A DNA stretch of 63,041 bases, filler included, from Folioceros fuciformis (lineage: Eukaryota): the NCBI GenBank assembly GCA_049999805.1. It is 3 parts of 2 records of this genome, joined end to end, with 100 filler letters (N's around TTAATTAATTAA, not from the genome) between each part and the next. Parts side by side here need not be neighbours in the genome. Positions count along the whole stretch, not along the records: positions 1 to 31,913 come from JBNGIO010006379.1; 2 more parts are not named here. One strand, 5' to 3'. The notes beneath the pieces were generated by a model. That model was not told where the DNA came from. It made no database searches and saw only the letters and a list, made by a program, of their open reading frames with translations. Positions 15,644 through 32,013 of the stretch are shown one piece after another (positions within the stretch are counted from its first letter, which is position 1; every line of letters starts with the position of its first letter). The position numbers and the translations under genes were made by a program.

Positions 15644-16072
15644 CTAATTACTTATGACAATTTCCAATAGATCCGCCACGTTAGATGTAGGCTCATTAGG
15701 TGTAGGCTCACATTCACCACGTAAACAAATAGGCTGTCTATCAAGGGGACAATTCATTGCAGTGTGAAACCATTGATCAATACATTGGTAATGAAAGGAA
15801 TGAGAACAATGTGGCAAAACCCTAACTTCTTCTCTTTCTTCCAAGGGAAAGAGACATATTGAACATTCTTCTTCATTGTCTTCTACCTTCTTATACAAGG
15901 TTCTTGGAATTTTTTCCTCCAATAAGGTAATGCCGAACTTTGGCTGTTCTTTATTTCGTGGCCTCAAATATGATTCGATAAAAAATATCAATTGAACAAA
16001 ACTCCATCCACATACTAGAAACAACAGAAAGCAACCAAATGTCAAAGAAATAACAAATATGATATTGAACAT
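15644..16072 (-). CDS. ATL-like RING-H2 E3 ligase with N-terminal TM helix, 142 aa
   Basis: Hydrophobic N-terminus; CSICLFPLEEREEVRVLPHCSHSFHYQCIDQWFHTAMNCPLDR (last ligand C replaced by D); intronless. Confidence 0.85.
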   Translation of the reverse strand: MFNIIFVISLTFGCFLLFLVCGWSFVQLIFFIESYLRPRNKEQPKFGITLLEEKIPRTLYKKVEDNEEECSICLFPLEEREEVRVLPHCSHSFHYQCIDQWFHTAMNCPLDRQPICLRGECEPTPNEPTSNVADLLEIVISN

Positions 16073-17559
16073 CTTTGAAATGGAAGTTGTGTTGCAATGG
16101 CTTCCTTTGGATTTTTAACTAAATTGCCAATATGCATACACTATCAATGCCTTTCAACTATATATATTGTGCATCAAGCCAATATACTTCATAATAGATG
16201 CTTGTGTGCAAGAAACTATCACACCAGTCTCACGTACTTAACTTTACTCTTCACAAGCTCTCGTAGATTAGCTAAGCTCTTCGTAGCTTTCTAGTAAAAG
16301 GTTTACAATTAAGTCTATGAAACAAGGAATGATGATGCTTTATGTTTTGCTTTAGCCCTTATATACCTTAACTAGGTTGACCTCAACTAAGCAGTTACTA
16401 ATACTAACATTGGGTACTAATCATTTCTAAATGCGTACTTCTCACCTCTAAATGTTCTTTAAAGAATCGCAATGCTTGTAGCAACTCCATCCTTCAATAT
16501 AGTAGCTACTTTATTAAAATAAATTCATTTTGCACACATCTTGTATTTTTTACCATATTTATTTACTATTACTAAAATAATGTATAAAATAATATCATTC
16601 GTATTAAAGAATCAAAGACTATAGACTAAGGATTATGGTTCTACTAAACACTTTTTGTTGGTATTTTTTTCTAGTTTTAGCACCTCATACTTGAAATCCA
16701 CCTCCCCATAATAAGCAACCTAAAATGAGTTATTTCGTTCATAGGCATGCTAGTAAGTAAGTAAGCAAGTAGTAGAAATAGGAGTATTATTATTTTTAAA
16801 TTACTTGAACTACTATAATATCCCCGGTTTATTGATTTAAACATACTTTGGTAATCACTTTAGTAGAAAGCGAATGAGACACACCTATTTTGTCTTCTCT
16901 AGATTCAAAAGAATTCTGATTAATTTATTCCCACTTAAATTAAATTGAAATTTTTATAGGTAAGTAGTGAAGAAATAAGTGAATCTATATGTTTACTATA
17001 TCCATTTTTTGAAAAACATGTCGAGGTGTTATGTCCACGTATAGAGAGTCCCTTTATCTAGCAATGTGACAAATTCACAACTAGTGGTTAGGTCTTTGAA
17101 CCATGTGTCCTAGTGGTGGGTGGTGTGATAGAAGATGTTAAGAGGACCTAGAGGATAAGAGGGTAAGTCCAAGGTCCCTAGTGTCCAAGCTACTGATGGG
17201 ACCCTCTGCTGTTATCATACAACTGCTAATGTTCAAGATCATGTTGCAAGTGCTTGTTAATTGCCGTGTTTACAATTGTGGTGTTTCCCACAAGCATCCA
17301 CTTGTTCTTGGCAATTTTAATTTGCAATTAGCACCTTTGTTGATTGTGTTATGTTCATGCCTAAAGACCAATTCTCCAAGCAACTATCGCTATTGCTCGG
17401 AACCATGTTATGTGCTTGTGCTTTTTAATTTTCGCTACCGTTGCTCTACAAGTGTTGGAGCTGTAGATTTCTTACTATTGTTGCCTATTGCTCAGGACTA
17501 TGCTTGTTACTGTAACAAGCATAGTGTGCTCTCGATGCTTGTTTATTTTTGAAAGGTAG

Positions 17560-19640
17560 TTCCTTTTGTTTGGATAAGATACAAGAGTGACAAACAGGAA
17601 GGTGTTTGAAAAAAGTAGGAGGTTCTCTCTAAAACAATCAACAGAGACTATTAGATTAAGCTTGTCTTTATTCACATGTCCTAACCTAGCATGCAAGAGA
17701 GGTGCCTCTAAGATTGAGCACAAGACAAAGGCAATGTTAGAATGTGAATCTATATTTAATTGATAAAGATCATTAACAAGCTATCCTTTTGTTATACATT
17801 GTCCAGGATTAGCCAAGACATACATGCGGCAACAACCAAGTTCAAACATGAATCCATGCGTATCTACCATTTTGAGTAGCTGCCTAGACTAAAAAAAGGT
17901 TTTTGGACATTGCAGGAACAAAGGAGACATCCTCAAGTAGAATATTAGTGCCGTCTGCTAAGGTAATAAACATTGAACTAGAATCCTTGACTTCCACTTA
18001 TCCCTCACCTAGACTAGATGTGTTGTGAATGCGGTGAGTATATTATGATTTTTATATAGTATCATGAGATATTGCTCCTTAATCTATAGACTAGGAGGAA
18101 GATGTCTCCTTGGTTAAAGATAAGCATACTATCAAGACGGTGGTGCTGCTTTTGCGAAACGAAGATCAGACAGCCTTGTTCTTTGCAACAACATGGGCAT
18201 TTGTTCTCAGTTCACGTTTTGGTTGTCTAATATTCCTTTTTCAACAATGTCTTTGCTAAAGGCCTCAGAATTGGCACCAATTGCAAGTTCCCTACCATTA
18301 AATGAAGGGGCTAGAAGAAGACTAAGCAAATGCTCAAAGAGAAGGTTGTTCTTTTTCTCTTTCCCCTTTCTTTTAGCAAACGGTTTGCTCTTAGTAGCAT
18401 ACAACGCTCTCTCTCTTTTAGCTTATCTGTAGTGAGATTTCTTTTCTTGGACGAGTGCACCAACGAATTGATCTAGAGTAAGTGAAGCTGCTTAGCCAGC
18501 TCTCATTGAGACTGAAAGTATTTGTTTTGAATAGACACAAAGTTCTAATATGAAGGTGGAAAGGAACACAACATCTGAGCAACGCCATTGTCCTCAGAAA
18601 TAGTGCTTCCTAAGGAGGCCAAATGTGCCCTTAGAGTTTGAAAGGGATTTGCATGAGCACCTACTGCACCTCCTTCTCTCATCTTTAAGGTATGAAATTC
18701 ACTCTTAGCAAAGACCAAAGTCAGTAGATTTTGAGCATGATGTCTTTCAATTGTTTCCAAGTAGCTGTAGTAGTTTCATGATAGTCCACTTCATCAACAA
18801 TGGTTTCATCTAGACAAAAAAGTAGAATGGTGTAGGCAATTTTGTCGCCTCTATTCCACTTTTCTATCTATGGAGGTGTTGAAGTTTGAGGATTGGGTTT
18901 GTGTGTAGCGCCTTTAGAAAACTCATAGACATCTTAAGCATCTAGAAAGGCCTTCATGTGAGATCACCAACTCTCATAATGATTTGCTTTGTCGTCAAAG
19001 CAATCTTTCTTTCAAATCTTTGCTATAGGAATTATGGGTTGTGGTTGGGATTGCAACAAATCCAGCACCCAAGCCTGCTCTATATTTGGTGATAGAACTT
19101 GACCTTGCTCTTGACATAATGCCTGGTCCAACTATTAATGGTTGTATTGGTGCTATAAGAGCAAAGAGTAGTTGAAGGGCATTAACAAAATCAGTATCCA
19201 AGCAATTGTGCATAGCAAGGTACAATGAGAAGGGAGTATATCGCGCAGTAGCCACATAGCTGCATGCCCTACCTAGCCTGTCCAAGCTAAGTATCTAAGC
19301 ACAACCTACCTGCAATATCCTTGGCCTATGGCCCAGGATCAACAACCTAGCCACAAATTGTCCTTGGCCTATGACCAAGAGCAAGGCTACAAGAAGGGTT
19401 GAGTCTGCCTAAGAGAGGCATGCCTAGGGCCGCAAACACGTAAAATCAAGATGGAAAATTCTCCCAACATGCTGATGCAACAAACCACAAGAACCTCCAG
19501 GAGACAAAGACATAGTGAGGACGAAGTATGGCTATCTCTTAGAACAAGACAAACATCAACAATCCGAGATTCCATGACTGGGTAGCCCACATATATAGGC
19601 AAAATCCCCAAGAACTCTCCATAAAGTGCCTTCTGGCACC
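17560..19640 (-). mobile_element. Heavily decayed Copia gag-protease-integrase fragment, related to the element at 52.5-56.2 kb
   Basis: LHARLGHVNKDKL and GVAQMLCSFPPSY correspond to WHARLGHANKDKL and AVAQLLTSLPSSY; many stops. Confidence 0.75.
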
Positions 19641-20295
19641 GATGGTATGTACTTTATAATACTAGTTCTCCTTGGCCTTTGGTCTATTACCAAATAATAA
19701 CCAACTAAACAGCCTACTTTGTCCTTTTCTTATCTTATCATTTTTATATTTGTTTTGGAATATCTCCACAATGCTCCTTACATGCATACAACACACATGG
19801 TTTACATCCTCTCTCTAGACATATCACATGCATCCACATGTCATCCTTCATCTTTACATGCACACATGCATACATGGCACACACCCAGGCATACATGTCA
19901 TGTGCAGGCCATCTATGGGCCATGTACAGGGCATCATCAAGCACTTTAACATTAGGGCTTATGCCTAGGATGCTCCAGTATCCAGTCATAGAGTCTAAGG
20001 TGCTTTGTTCTTCATACAGCAATATCATGACCAGTACTAAGACCATCTGCAAAGCTCCAGTGTCTAGTCATAAAGTCTCAGGTGCTCTGTTCTTCATTTA
20101 GCAACATCATGATAAGTACTAAGACCATCCACAATGAAGAGTCGTTACCAGTGAGTAAGGAACATCCATTTGCTATACCTATTCAACTAAAATGCTCAAT
20201 TAGACCTCAGAAATATAACTCAATGTAACTACCCATGTTTCGAATGGGTAGATCTTGAAAGAAGTATTGAAGTCCTACTTCCAAATTATCTATGG

Positions 20296-20664
20296 TACCC
20301 TCGTTCAGTCTATCCCTCATTCACACCATTAACGTTCAAGCTCTTACTTAGACACTTCACATTCTACCAAGTTGAAAATGATATTCGCAGGGGAGAAGAT
20401 CTCTTTTGGCCCTAATGGGTTGTTCCTCCACCACTACCACTGTCCGTCTAACCCTCGTTCCGTCTAACCCTCGTTCAGTCTAACCCTTGTTCAGTCTAAC
20501 CCTTGTTCAGTCTAACCCTCATTCAGTTTAACCCTCGTTCAGTCTAACCCTCTTTCACACCAGTAACGTTCAAGCTCTTACTTAGACACTTCACATTCTA
20601 CCAATTTGAAAATGATATTCGCAAGAGAGAATACCTCTTTTGGCCCTAATGGGTTGTTCCTCCA
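20296..20664 (+). repeat. About 135-bp direct repeat (20296-20430, 20531-20664)
   Basis: ...aacgttcaagctcttacttagacacttcacattctacc...gccctaatgggttgttcctcca occurs twice. Confidence 0.85.
20447..20552 (+). repeat. 16-bp minisatellite (TCTAACCCTCGTTCAG), about 6.5 copies
   Basis: Read directly. Confidence 0.9.
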
Positions 20665-23268
20665 ATTTCTGGGACTTTCCATCTCCTTTTCAATCATAGA
20701 AAATACACCAATTAATGAAGTCCAGGGTTATGTCACCATTCCATTTTTCTTGCTACCACCAAAACCCGAGTTCTCCACGCCGCCCTGGCACCCTCTATCG
20801 GGTTGTGTTTCCTGGTGCTTAGCGCTGCCGCTCGATTTATACCTCACACACTTCTTTCTTGCTCATTCCATCTGTTGTTCTTGGTGGGTATAAAATTTAT
20901 CCTAATAAAATCTTCTTAATTATGGAACTATGAAACCATCATGTAGTGGTGAACACAAGCCAGTCCTGGGCCCTAATCAACTTGCTTCTAGTACATCTAT
21001 GTCTGGCACAAAATGTTAACGTTCTCGCTCACAAACCAATACAAACATCACCATCTTACGACACAAGTCACTGCTTAGCTATTTCTGAAAAGTTGCTTCT
21101 CCTCACCTGCTGAAAATGCTTGGAGCCCATGTGAGGCAAATGGGTGATATTCTTTCTTTGAGTTCATTTGTAGAAATAGAATCTAACATATTGCAGCTAC
21201 TCAGGAATCTGCCAGCGGAGGGGAACGGGATTGCAGTCAAAGCGAATGTCCAGTGTAGCCATACCTCCAGCGAATGCTGAGGTCACTTGGCTTTGTTGGC
21301 AAAACTTACTGCCCTGGGCCGAGGTCTGGGATTGGCCGTTCGCATACAATCATGCACTCAATTCAGAAACACAAACTGTTGAGAGCCAATTCAAACCAGC
21401 TCCACAAGCAATGCAAACACTATTGAAAATGCATCAACCCATACTAGGCTGGCAGATGCTCGCCAATTCCTTCGAGTGAGTGATCCAATGATCGGATAGC
21501 CAAACCAGCGAGAAGACGGGTACACACTCCACTACAGTTCACCACAATACCGTTCACACTAGGGATGTCCAAGCTCTTACGTAGATTCTACAGTTCACTG
21601 ACGCAGGTTGGTTTGGCCTTCACATCAGGTTGTACACTCAATCCCTGAGCAAGCAAATACCTGTGCTTCGCCTGCTGTTTCCTTATCTTAGATGTGGCAC
21701 ACATTTTTCTGTCAGGGCATGTTTCATATGTCTCTGTCAGAGACCAAGTACTGCTCGATTTCTCTGGCCATAACTTCGGTCAGGAGAGTGTGTCCACTTG
21801 CTACTGGTCATTCTCGCTGGAAATCAACTGCAGCCAAGGATCGAGAGTGTCCAAGGTTAATCGCAGCCGCCGGCTAGCACATAGAGGAGGAAGCCTCCTT
21901 CTTTTCTTCTGAAGGGCAACCAAAGTCAACAGGAAACGTTAGTGACTAGACATGACAAACCTAGATCTGGAACATAGTAGTAACCCCAATCTAGAGTTGC
22001 CTCTCGCTGCAATCGCCCGAGTGAACAGCTTGACATCCTCATTCCACCTTTGTTGGTGTGGTGGCAAAACAATGGGCCTGAATCGGAAGCACCAGCACCT
22101 GTGAGGTACCGAGCAGTAGCTGCAAGGCAGTGGTGGTAGGAAATCTATGGCTCTAGCACATGCATCCTCCTGAGCAACATGCAGCATCGGTAGCATCCAG
22201 GGTCCCGAGCAACAGCTAGAGTTGCTTGGAGAAGTGATGGTCAGGCAGGAACACCACACAATCGACAAAGGCGCCAATTGCAAATTCAAATAACCAAAAC
22301 AAGGGGATGCTTGTGGGAAACACCGTGATTGTAACACCACGGTTGACCAGCATTGCAAGACGATGCTAAGCATTAGCAATAGTATTGTAGAAGCGGAGGG
22401 GAAATCAGTAGCTTGTCTCATAAAAGGGGATATCATACTAGCACTAGTACAATAATAAGAATAACAATAATAGTAATACCACTACTACTATTTTTACTAT
22501 TAGTAGTAGTCTCGCAACGAATCAATATTTGGGATATGATAGCATGCCCATCACTAGAATAAGACATTATGGGGTCCTTGGATATCATGTATGAGGTGCT
22601 AAAACTAGAAAAAAGACACCACCAAAAAAGTGCTTAGTACATCCATAATCCTTGGTCTACAGTCTTTGATTTTTTAATAGTAATAACTTTATAGAATACT
22701 TTATTTCATTAAGAGCACATGAAATATGGTAAAAAGTAGAGGATTTATGGAAAAAGATTTTTTTTAAATAAAACACTATATTGAACCTTGGAATTGCTAC
22801 AAACATTAGGATTCTTTAAGGAACATTTAGTTATACAAAGTATGCATTTAGAGATGTTTAGAACTCAATTTTAACATTAATCACTGCTTAGTAAAAGTTC
22901 GACTAGTTGAGCTATATAAGAGCTAGAGCAAAACATAAAGCATAAAGCATCATCATTCCTTGTTTGAGAAACTCAATTGTAAACCTTCTACTAGAAGAGC
23001 TGCCAAGAGCTTAGCTAATCTAAGAGAGCTGTAGAGAGTTAACTTAAGGTGTTGAAAGAGTGAAGTGCGTGACACTGGTGTGCTAGTTTCTTACACATAA
23101 GCATCTATTGTGCAATATGTTGGCTTCATGCACAAGATATATATACTAAAGAGGGCATTTGAACCGTATGTATGTTTGAATTCAAGCTCTAAATTCATAA
23201 ACTGTTAAGAATTTATTAATAAATCTCTTACAAAAGGAAGCCACTGCAAGAGAACTTCCATTTCGAAG

Positions 23269-23670
23269 ATGTTTAATTCCATGTTTGCTATTGCTTTAGC
23301 GCTTGCATGCTTTATTTTGCTTCTATTATGTGGATGGGGTGTTATTCAATTGATATTTTTTATCCTATCATATTTGAGGCAACGACAACTAAAGTTAAGG
23401 ATGAACTTATTGGAGAAAAAAATTCCACGAACCTTGCATAAGAAGGTAGAAGAAATTGAAGAATGTTCAATATGTCTCTTTCCCTTGGAAGAAGGAGAAG
23501 AAGTTAGAGTTTTGCCACATTGTTTTCATTCCTTTCATTGCCACTGTATTGATCAGTGGTTTAACACTTCAATAAGCTGTCCGCTTGATAGACGGCCTAT
23601 TTGTTTAGGCCGTGAATGTGAGCCTACACCTAATGTGGCAGATCTATTGGAAATTGTCATAAGTAATTAG
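23269..23670 (+). CDS. ATL-like RING-H2 E3 ligase, 133 aa, inverted paralogue of 15644-16072
   Basis: TM helix; CSICLFPLEEGEEVRVLPHCFHSFHCHCIDQWFNTSISCPLDR; same C-terminal NVADLLEIVISN. Confidence 0.85.
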   Translation: MFNSMFAIALALACFILLLLCGWGVIQLIFFILSYLRQRQLKLRMNLLEKKIPRTLHKKVEEIEECSICLFPLEEGEEVRVLPHCFHSFHCHCIDQWFNTSISCPLDRRPICLGRECEPTPNVADLLEIVISN

Positions 23671-24471
23671 GTTTTTTTAATCTATAAAAATAAATAAATC
23701 TATATAGCTCAATAATAGTATTTGTATGACTATTTGCAAGATGATGAGGGATGGGTTTACGAAATGTGGAGGTACCATGAACACTACATTAAAATGAGAA
23801 TGAAGATTTTCTTTTTGCACTTTTTTTCTAAGAGTGATGAATAAGAAACAAGTAGGAGCAAGAATGGGACAAAAACGAACGGAGATGGTTGGTTTTCCAC
23901 AACCTACTCCTAATCATTGAGGACAAACACCATAATTTTTGAAAGGGCCTAATAAGATAGAAAACCTATCTACTTCTCAAGAGAGAGATATATCATGATT
24001 AGGACATTAGAGGCTAACCTCTAAAGCATAATGACTGCGAATAGTACCTCGCTCGCCTTTGCTACTACCTTGGCCCTGCAACCTTGTTGGCACCGGATGT
24101 CCAGTGCTCAAGCCTCGCCGATGCCAGTGCTTTGTTCNNNNNNNNNNGGATGTCCAGTGCTCAAGCCTCGCCGATGCCAGTGCTTTGTTCTTGTCCTACC
24201 GGACATTCGATACCCTGTGTGGCTAAGAACAATATGCACAAGGACACAAGTATTTAAGAACAATATGCACAAGGACACAAGTATTGATAAGAACCATTTC
24301 CGGGAGTAATTAATGTGAATTATGTTTTAAACTTAAGCATTCAGAATGGTGAAGGTCTTAGGGTGCCGAACACCCGATCCACAATCAAGCAAATTCTTTT
24401 GGTATATCAAGAAAATGGCAATTCATTGTGAAAGTGATGAAGACCCGGGGAAAATGAACTTGGGGAATTAG

Positions 24472-26040
24472 TGTTAGGCTATGCTGATTAATTATGCTAG
24501 CTAATTAATTAACCTAGGTAATTAGGGTGATTATTAGATAATCAGCCCGAATTAGCCAGGCATGAAACGTGTTGGTTTGTTTAGGGCTCGGAAGCGAGGC
24601 ATGAAGGGCAAACATGTGATGCTGGACGATGGAGAACGTGAGTGATTGGGTAGCTTGGGCATCATTGCGCAAGATGGCTATGAGGTTGCGAGCGTGGGCG
24701 GCATGGCGCCGACGATGTGGAGTGAGACCGCGAGCACACCCGGGAGCAAGAATGACACAGATGAGTACCGGACTGCGGGGCTTAGCTAGGTAGTTGTTAG
24801 AAGTTCTCAGGTGGCAGCCTGCTGCGGCGCGTACCTTGGACCTTCCCGTGTACCTAGCTAGGGGACATGTGATCTGCTTTGTGACTTCCCAGGAATCTGA
24901 GCAAGTCGTGAGTGTCATGTCGTGTGTGGTCTGAGTGTGTCGTGTTGATGTTGGGTTGAGGACTTACTGCAACTCGCCGAATCTGGTTTGCTAGGGCAGT
25001 GTGTTTGAGGGTGAATCTAATTGCAAGGATGGGGTTTGGTGGACTGCAGCTGAGACAAGGAGGCTCCCATCACGAGCCCAACACGGGTCTCACCCGTAAA
25101 CTTGAGCTAGTTCCATGAATTCTAATCGAATTGGACTGGAGGGCTTCGTGTGGCCTTCATGTCGACTGTCCGGGATCACATAGGGTGAAAGCTCACTTCG
25201 TGGCTTATACCAGGGGGATCGCTATTTGTGGGCGATGCTGAGACGGGGTTGCGGTGCTAAGGGCATGGCGGTTCCTTTGCGAACCCTCACCCGATGTTTT
25301 CTAGTTGAGCACGGCACGAGGTGCTGAGAAAATTACGAAGCTAGGCTCACCCAAATCGAGGATTGCTGAGGTGCTAGGTTCCAGTTGCACGAGGTAGCAA
25401 ACCAGGCTCTAGAGCTTGTGCGTGGAATCAACGCAGCGCGGGCTGTGGACCGGGGGCATCGCAGAGACTCATCGAGCTGGGGCTGCCGGTCATCTTGTGC
25501 GTGCAACGATGTGGTGTGAGTACAAGCTAGGTCCAACGCTAAGTGTCCGAGCTGGGCAAGCTGCCGCGACCTTCCACTGAGGATTTGCAAACTTGGGGCT
25601 CTCGTGGCGGTGCCGGCAAGCGGAGAGATTCAGGTCATGATTGCTGGAGATAAGAGGGTCTGCTAGTGTTTCGAGTTGGCTGATCTGGCTGGGCTGCACT
25701 CGTGGGTGTTGTGAAACTGGGATTGCGCTACGATGGTTCATTGTCTGCAATTTTGCCCAAACACTGGTTTTGAGTGAACGAGATATATCAACGCTCCTTG
25801 CAATGCAACATTGTTGCTCTCGTGTGGTTTTAATAAGGACTTACCAGAATCCCGTTCATCCCTGTTCATTTTCTTTACAGTCATGTTCATAGCAACCTTC
25901 TCGAAGAGTGTGAGGTTAGGTTTTTCATTTGCATACGATTTTGCATTACAAATTTCTACCGGTAGAATCGCGATACAAATTTGGCATTGATTAAAATGAA
26001 TTTCATGTGTGTTGTTTTGTTTTACACTCTTCCGCGTAAA
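24472..26040 (+). mobile_element. Possible LTR-like segment of a retroelement
   Basis: GC-richer non-coding block from tgttagg to ...gataca, followed by PBS-like aatttggca; no second LTR or coding domain seen. Confidence 0.2.
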
Positions 26041-26997
26041 GTAGCATAATATTTAAGCCATGCCTATGGCTAAAAATCAAAGGGCAAAGTAGCCAATTTA
26101 TGTCATATGTATTTGCACACAGCTGTTGGTGGTGCATGTAGGATGATGTGCCCAATTTTTAGTTTTAGCTATAAACTAGTTGATTTAAGAGAGTTGATGC
26201 TCTAATTGTAATCAACCATTAAATGCTAAACCTTTTCTCTTCCAACGGTTTAAAAGATGGGGAGAAGAGAGAGATGCCCAAGTTCTTTTTGCAATCCTAA
26301 ATCCAGGCAAAGGATTAGATTCCTTCCAAGGACATAATAATTTTCAATTCATGAGTTTAATGAAGAATGTGACAATTTCCAAGGCACGAGTGATCACTCT
26401 ACGCAAGTTCAATAGCAAAGGACCGGAGGAAAGTTGTATCCTCGCTTCTAGTAAAGAGTTGGTGTGGTACCGCTCACACCCATGGAGAGGATAAAGTTTT
26501 TCAGGTAGCACCTTTATCGGCTTTGGGGCTTTGATTCAACTCGAATCAAATTTTCTTTTCATATTCACTCTTCCAATCTACTATTTTATTTATAGCACTC
26601 TAGGACGTGATCATAAGCATAATAGTCTATTTTGGGCCCCTTTGTAATCGATGTCACCATCTTACAATGAGAGTTGTCATAATTTGAATTTGAACTTTCT
26701 TCCACGAAAAAAAACAATTTTCAAGATTGCAGAAGACTAAGGAGAGGAGACTTCTATAGTTCTTACTAGCATAGGCATTCCTTTGCATCCTCTTTCTCAA
26801 ATCGAGGTTGTTCATCGAGGCCACCATCAAACTCTTATAAGAGGTCTTGGTTAGAACAGGTAGAGGAGGATTGTCTAGATCATAATAATAAGATCCTTAC
26901 AAGGCTTACTCATTCTAGAGTAGATGAAATCGAAGTCATGTTAGTTCAAAATTTCTCACAACTTATTACTAACACTTCAACGATTATTTAAGACAAA

Positions 26998-27357
26998 GTG
27001 GATATTCTTAAACATGAGGTGTTGTTACTCAGTAGCCGCTTGGATGATATGAACAATCATCGTAATTCACTTGTCAATTCTACTATAACCGTGGATATTC
27101 TTAAACATGAGGTGTTGTTACTGAGTNNNNNNNNNNNNNNNNNNNNNNNNNNNNNNNNNNNNNNNNNNNNNNNNNNNNNNNNNNNNNNNNNNNNNNNNNN
27201 NNNNNNNNNNNNNNNNNNNNNNNNNNGATATTCTTAAACATGAGGTGTTGTTACTGAGTAGCCACTTGGATGATCTGAACAATCATCATAATACATTTGT
27301 CAATTCTAATGTAGCCGTGGATATTCTTGAACATGAGGTGTTGTTACTGAGTAGCCG
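26998..27357 (+). repeat. 93-bp tandem repeat (at least 3-4 copies, spans an N gap)
   Basis: gtggatattcttaaacatgaggtgttgttact at 26998, 27091, about 27227 and 27318; unit translates as VDILKHEVLLLSSRLDDMNNHRNSLVNSTIT. Confidence 0.85.
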
Positions 27358-27360
27358 AGA

Positions 27361-27520
27361 CTGAACGAGGGTTAGACTGAACAAGGGTTAGACTGAACGA
27401 GGGTTAGACTGAACGAGGGTTAGATTGAACGAGGGTTAGACTGAACGAGGGTTAGACTGAACGAGGGTTAGACTGAACGAGGGTTAGACTGAACGAGGGT
27501 TAGACTGAACGAGGGTTAGA
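27361..27520 (-). repeat. 16-bp minisatellite (CTGAACGAGGGTTAGA) x10, reverse complement of 20447-20552
   Basis: Read directly. Confidence 0.92.
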
Positions 27521-28120
27521 CGGAAAGTGGTGAAGTGGTCTAGTTCGTATGTCGGTTGGCTTCCGAATCACGGGAACATGCGGAGGAGTTGGCCGGCGCT
27601 TGCCGGCCTTGCCTTTCGTGGGATCCGTGCAGTTTCAGCCGCACTTGCGTTGCTTCAGTAGCTGGTCTGAGTTCGTTTTCAAGGATTCCTTCCTGCGGAT
27701 TCTGTGTGCGATTGTATGCGAATGGCCGTACCAGCCCAGCGCAAGCAGTTTTGCGTACAGGACGGAGCGGGCCATCATTGGCTAGCGGTATGGCTAGAGG
27801 GCGCTTCTCGTTGACCGCAAGCCCGTTCCCCCAGAAGCAGATGCCTGAGCTGCATCCAGGTCTGCTTTGCTTCCGGTTGCTCCCACGATGGCGAATCCGG
27901 GATGCGGAGTTGGGCACTTGCCCCCCGCCCCGATTCTGGCACGGATTGTGGAGTTCCCATATCTTGAAGTGGGCCAAGTCAGGCCAAGTCAGGCCAGGCC
28001 AGGCCGGGGTAGGCCTGGCCAATGGTGTAGTTGATGGCTTGTGGTAGCAGTTTGCACATCCACCTTCGCCTCTGATTTGTGGCTGACAGAAGGTGCCAGC
28101 TGCTGCTGCTGTTGCTGGCC

Positions 28121-30972
<2,852 letters not shown>

Positions 30973-31913
30973 TAGCTCGGACTCGGGAACATATGTTTCC
31001 AGTTCGAGACCGTTTTTCCTCCCATTTATCGTGATTCTTATGTTTTATCTTAGTTTGCCAACTTGAACGTGGGTGACAGAGGGGAAAAGCTGGGGACGGG
31101 GAGGGTGGTAGGGGGTACTGTATTCCAAGACCTAAGCATGGGTTGTTGTACCTATGGTTGGCCTGATATATCTTTGTGAGTGGTTTCCTGCAGGAGGAGG
31201 GCCCAATTTATAATCAATACAAGGGCAATGTTGGCAATCTTTCGTCCTTCCGTGTTAGAACTTCTTTGTGTTCTAGAGGCTGATCTGCAGGCTCGGCTCC
31301 TGGAGAAGGTTTCACGTGTTGGATGTGCGTGTAACTGGATCTACTGGATACCCGTCTTGAAGAAGGTGTGAGCGCTGGATCATATATGAGTGACGGTCGA
31401 AGTGTGTGGACCCTCACGCATATATGAATCCCTGGCCCCGTCCTGGACAGTCTACCAAATGACGGGGCACAATCCCCGACAGCCCTTGCTTGCGTCTCTG
31501 AAGCGAGGAGATACTTGTGATCGACCACCTAACCCAAGCCTGAGCATCTGAATCTTGCAGTAAGATCACCATTCCCTGCAAGATAGCCAGCCCAAGCTAC
31601 TTCTGACGCTGCTCTGGCATATTGGTCAATAAAATTAGAGCAGCCAGAGTTGCAATGCAAGAACATGGACCCTAAAGCCTGCTCAGTGGGAGGAGGCTGT
31701 GTGGTTCTCTCGCTCTGGTTTCATTTGCTTTTGTGTCTGTTTTGCAGCATGCGGTCATAGTCCGGTCCCGCCTTACTTATTCTGCCTGGGGCACACTATT
31801 GTACCGATTCCTCTTTATGTATTTTGATATAAAACGCTTACAAAAAGTAAACTGAGAACGGCCTTCCGCACAGTATGACCTCTGGTGGGCAACCCCGCAC
31901 TTGAACGAAGTCA

Positions 31914-32013
31914 NNNNNNNNNNNNNNNNNNNNNNNNNNNNNNNNNNNNNNNNNNNNTTAATTAATTAANNNNNNNNNNNNNNNNNNNNNNNNNNNNNNN
32001 NNNNNNNNNNNNN
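31914..32013. other. Artificial contig linker N44-TTAATTAATTAA-N44
   Basis: Six-frame stop spacer inside Ns. Confidence 0.95.

Larger units (their letters stand above)
15348..23947. repeat. Large diverged inverted duplication (arms about 15348-17490 and 22120-23947)
   Basis: Reverse complement of 16620-16712 matches 22564-22680; 17200-17490 matches 22120-22400; both RING genes and their flanks mirror each other. Confidence 0.85.

Noticed and set aside
24095-24190. Perfect 43-bp direct repeat around a 10-N gap
   Set aside because: Typical unmerged contig overlap
27361-27520. CRISPR-like appearance of the 16-, 57- and 93-bp arrays
   Set aside because: Head-to-tail units with no unique spacers and no cas genes; eukaryotic context
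31914-32013. TTAATTAATTAA palindrome inside Ns (also 57154-57253)
   Set aside because: Artificial linker between contigs; adjacency across it has no biological meaning
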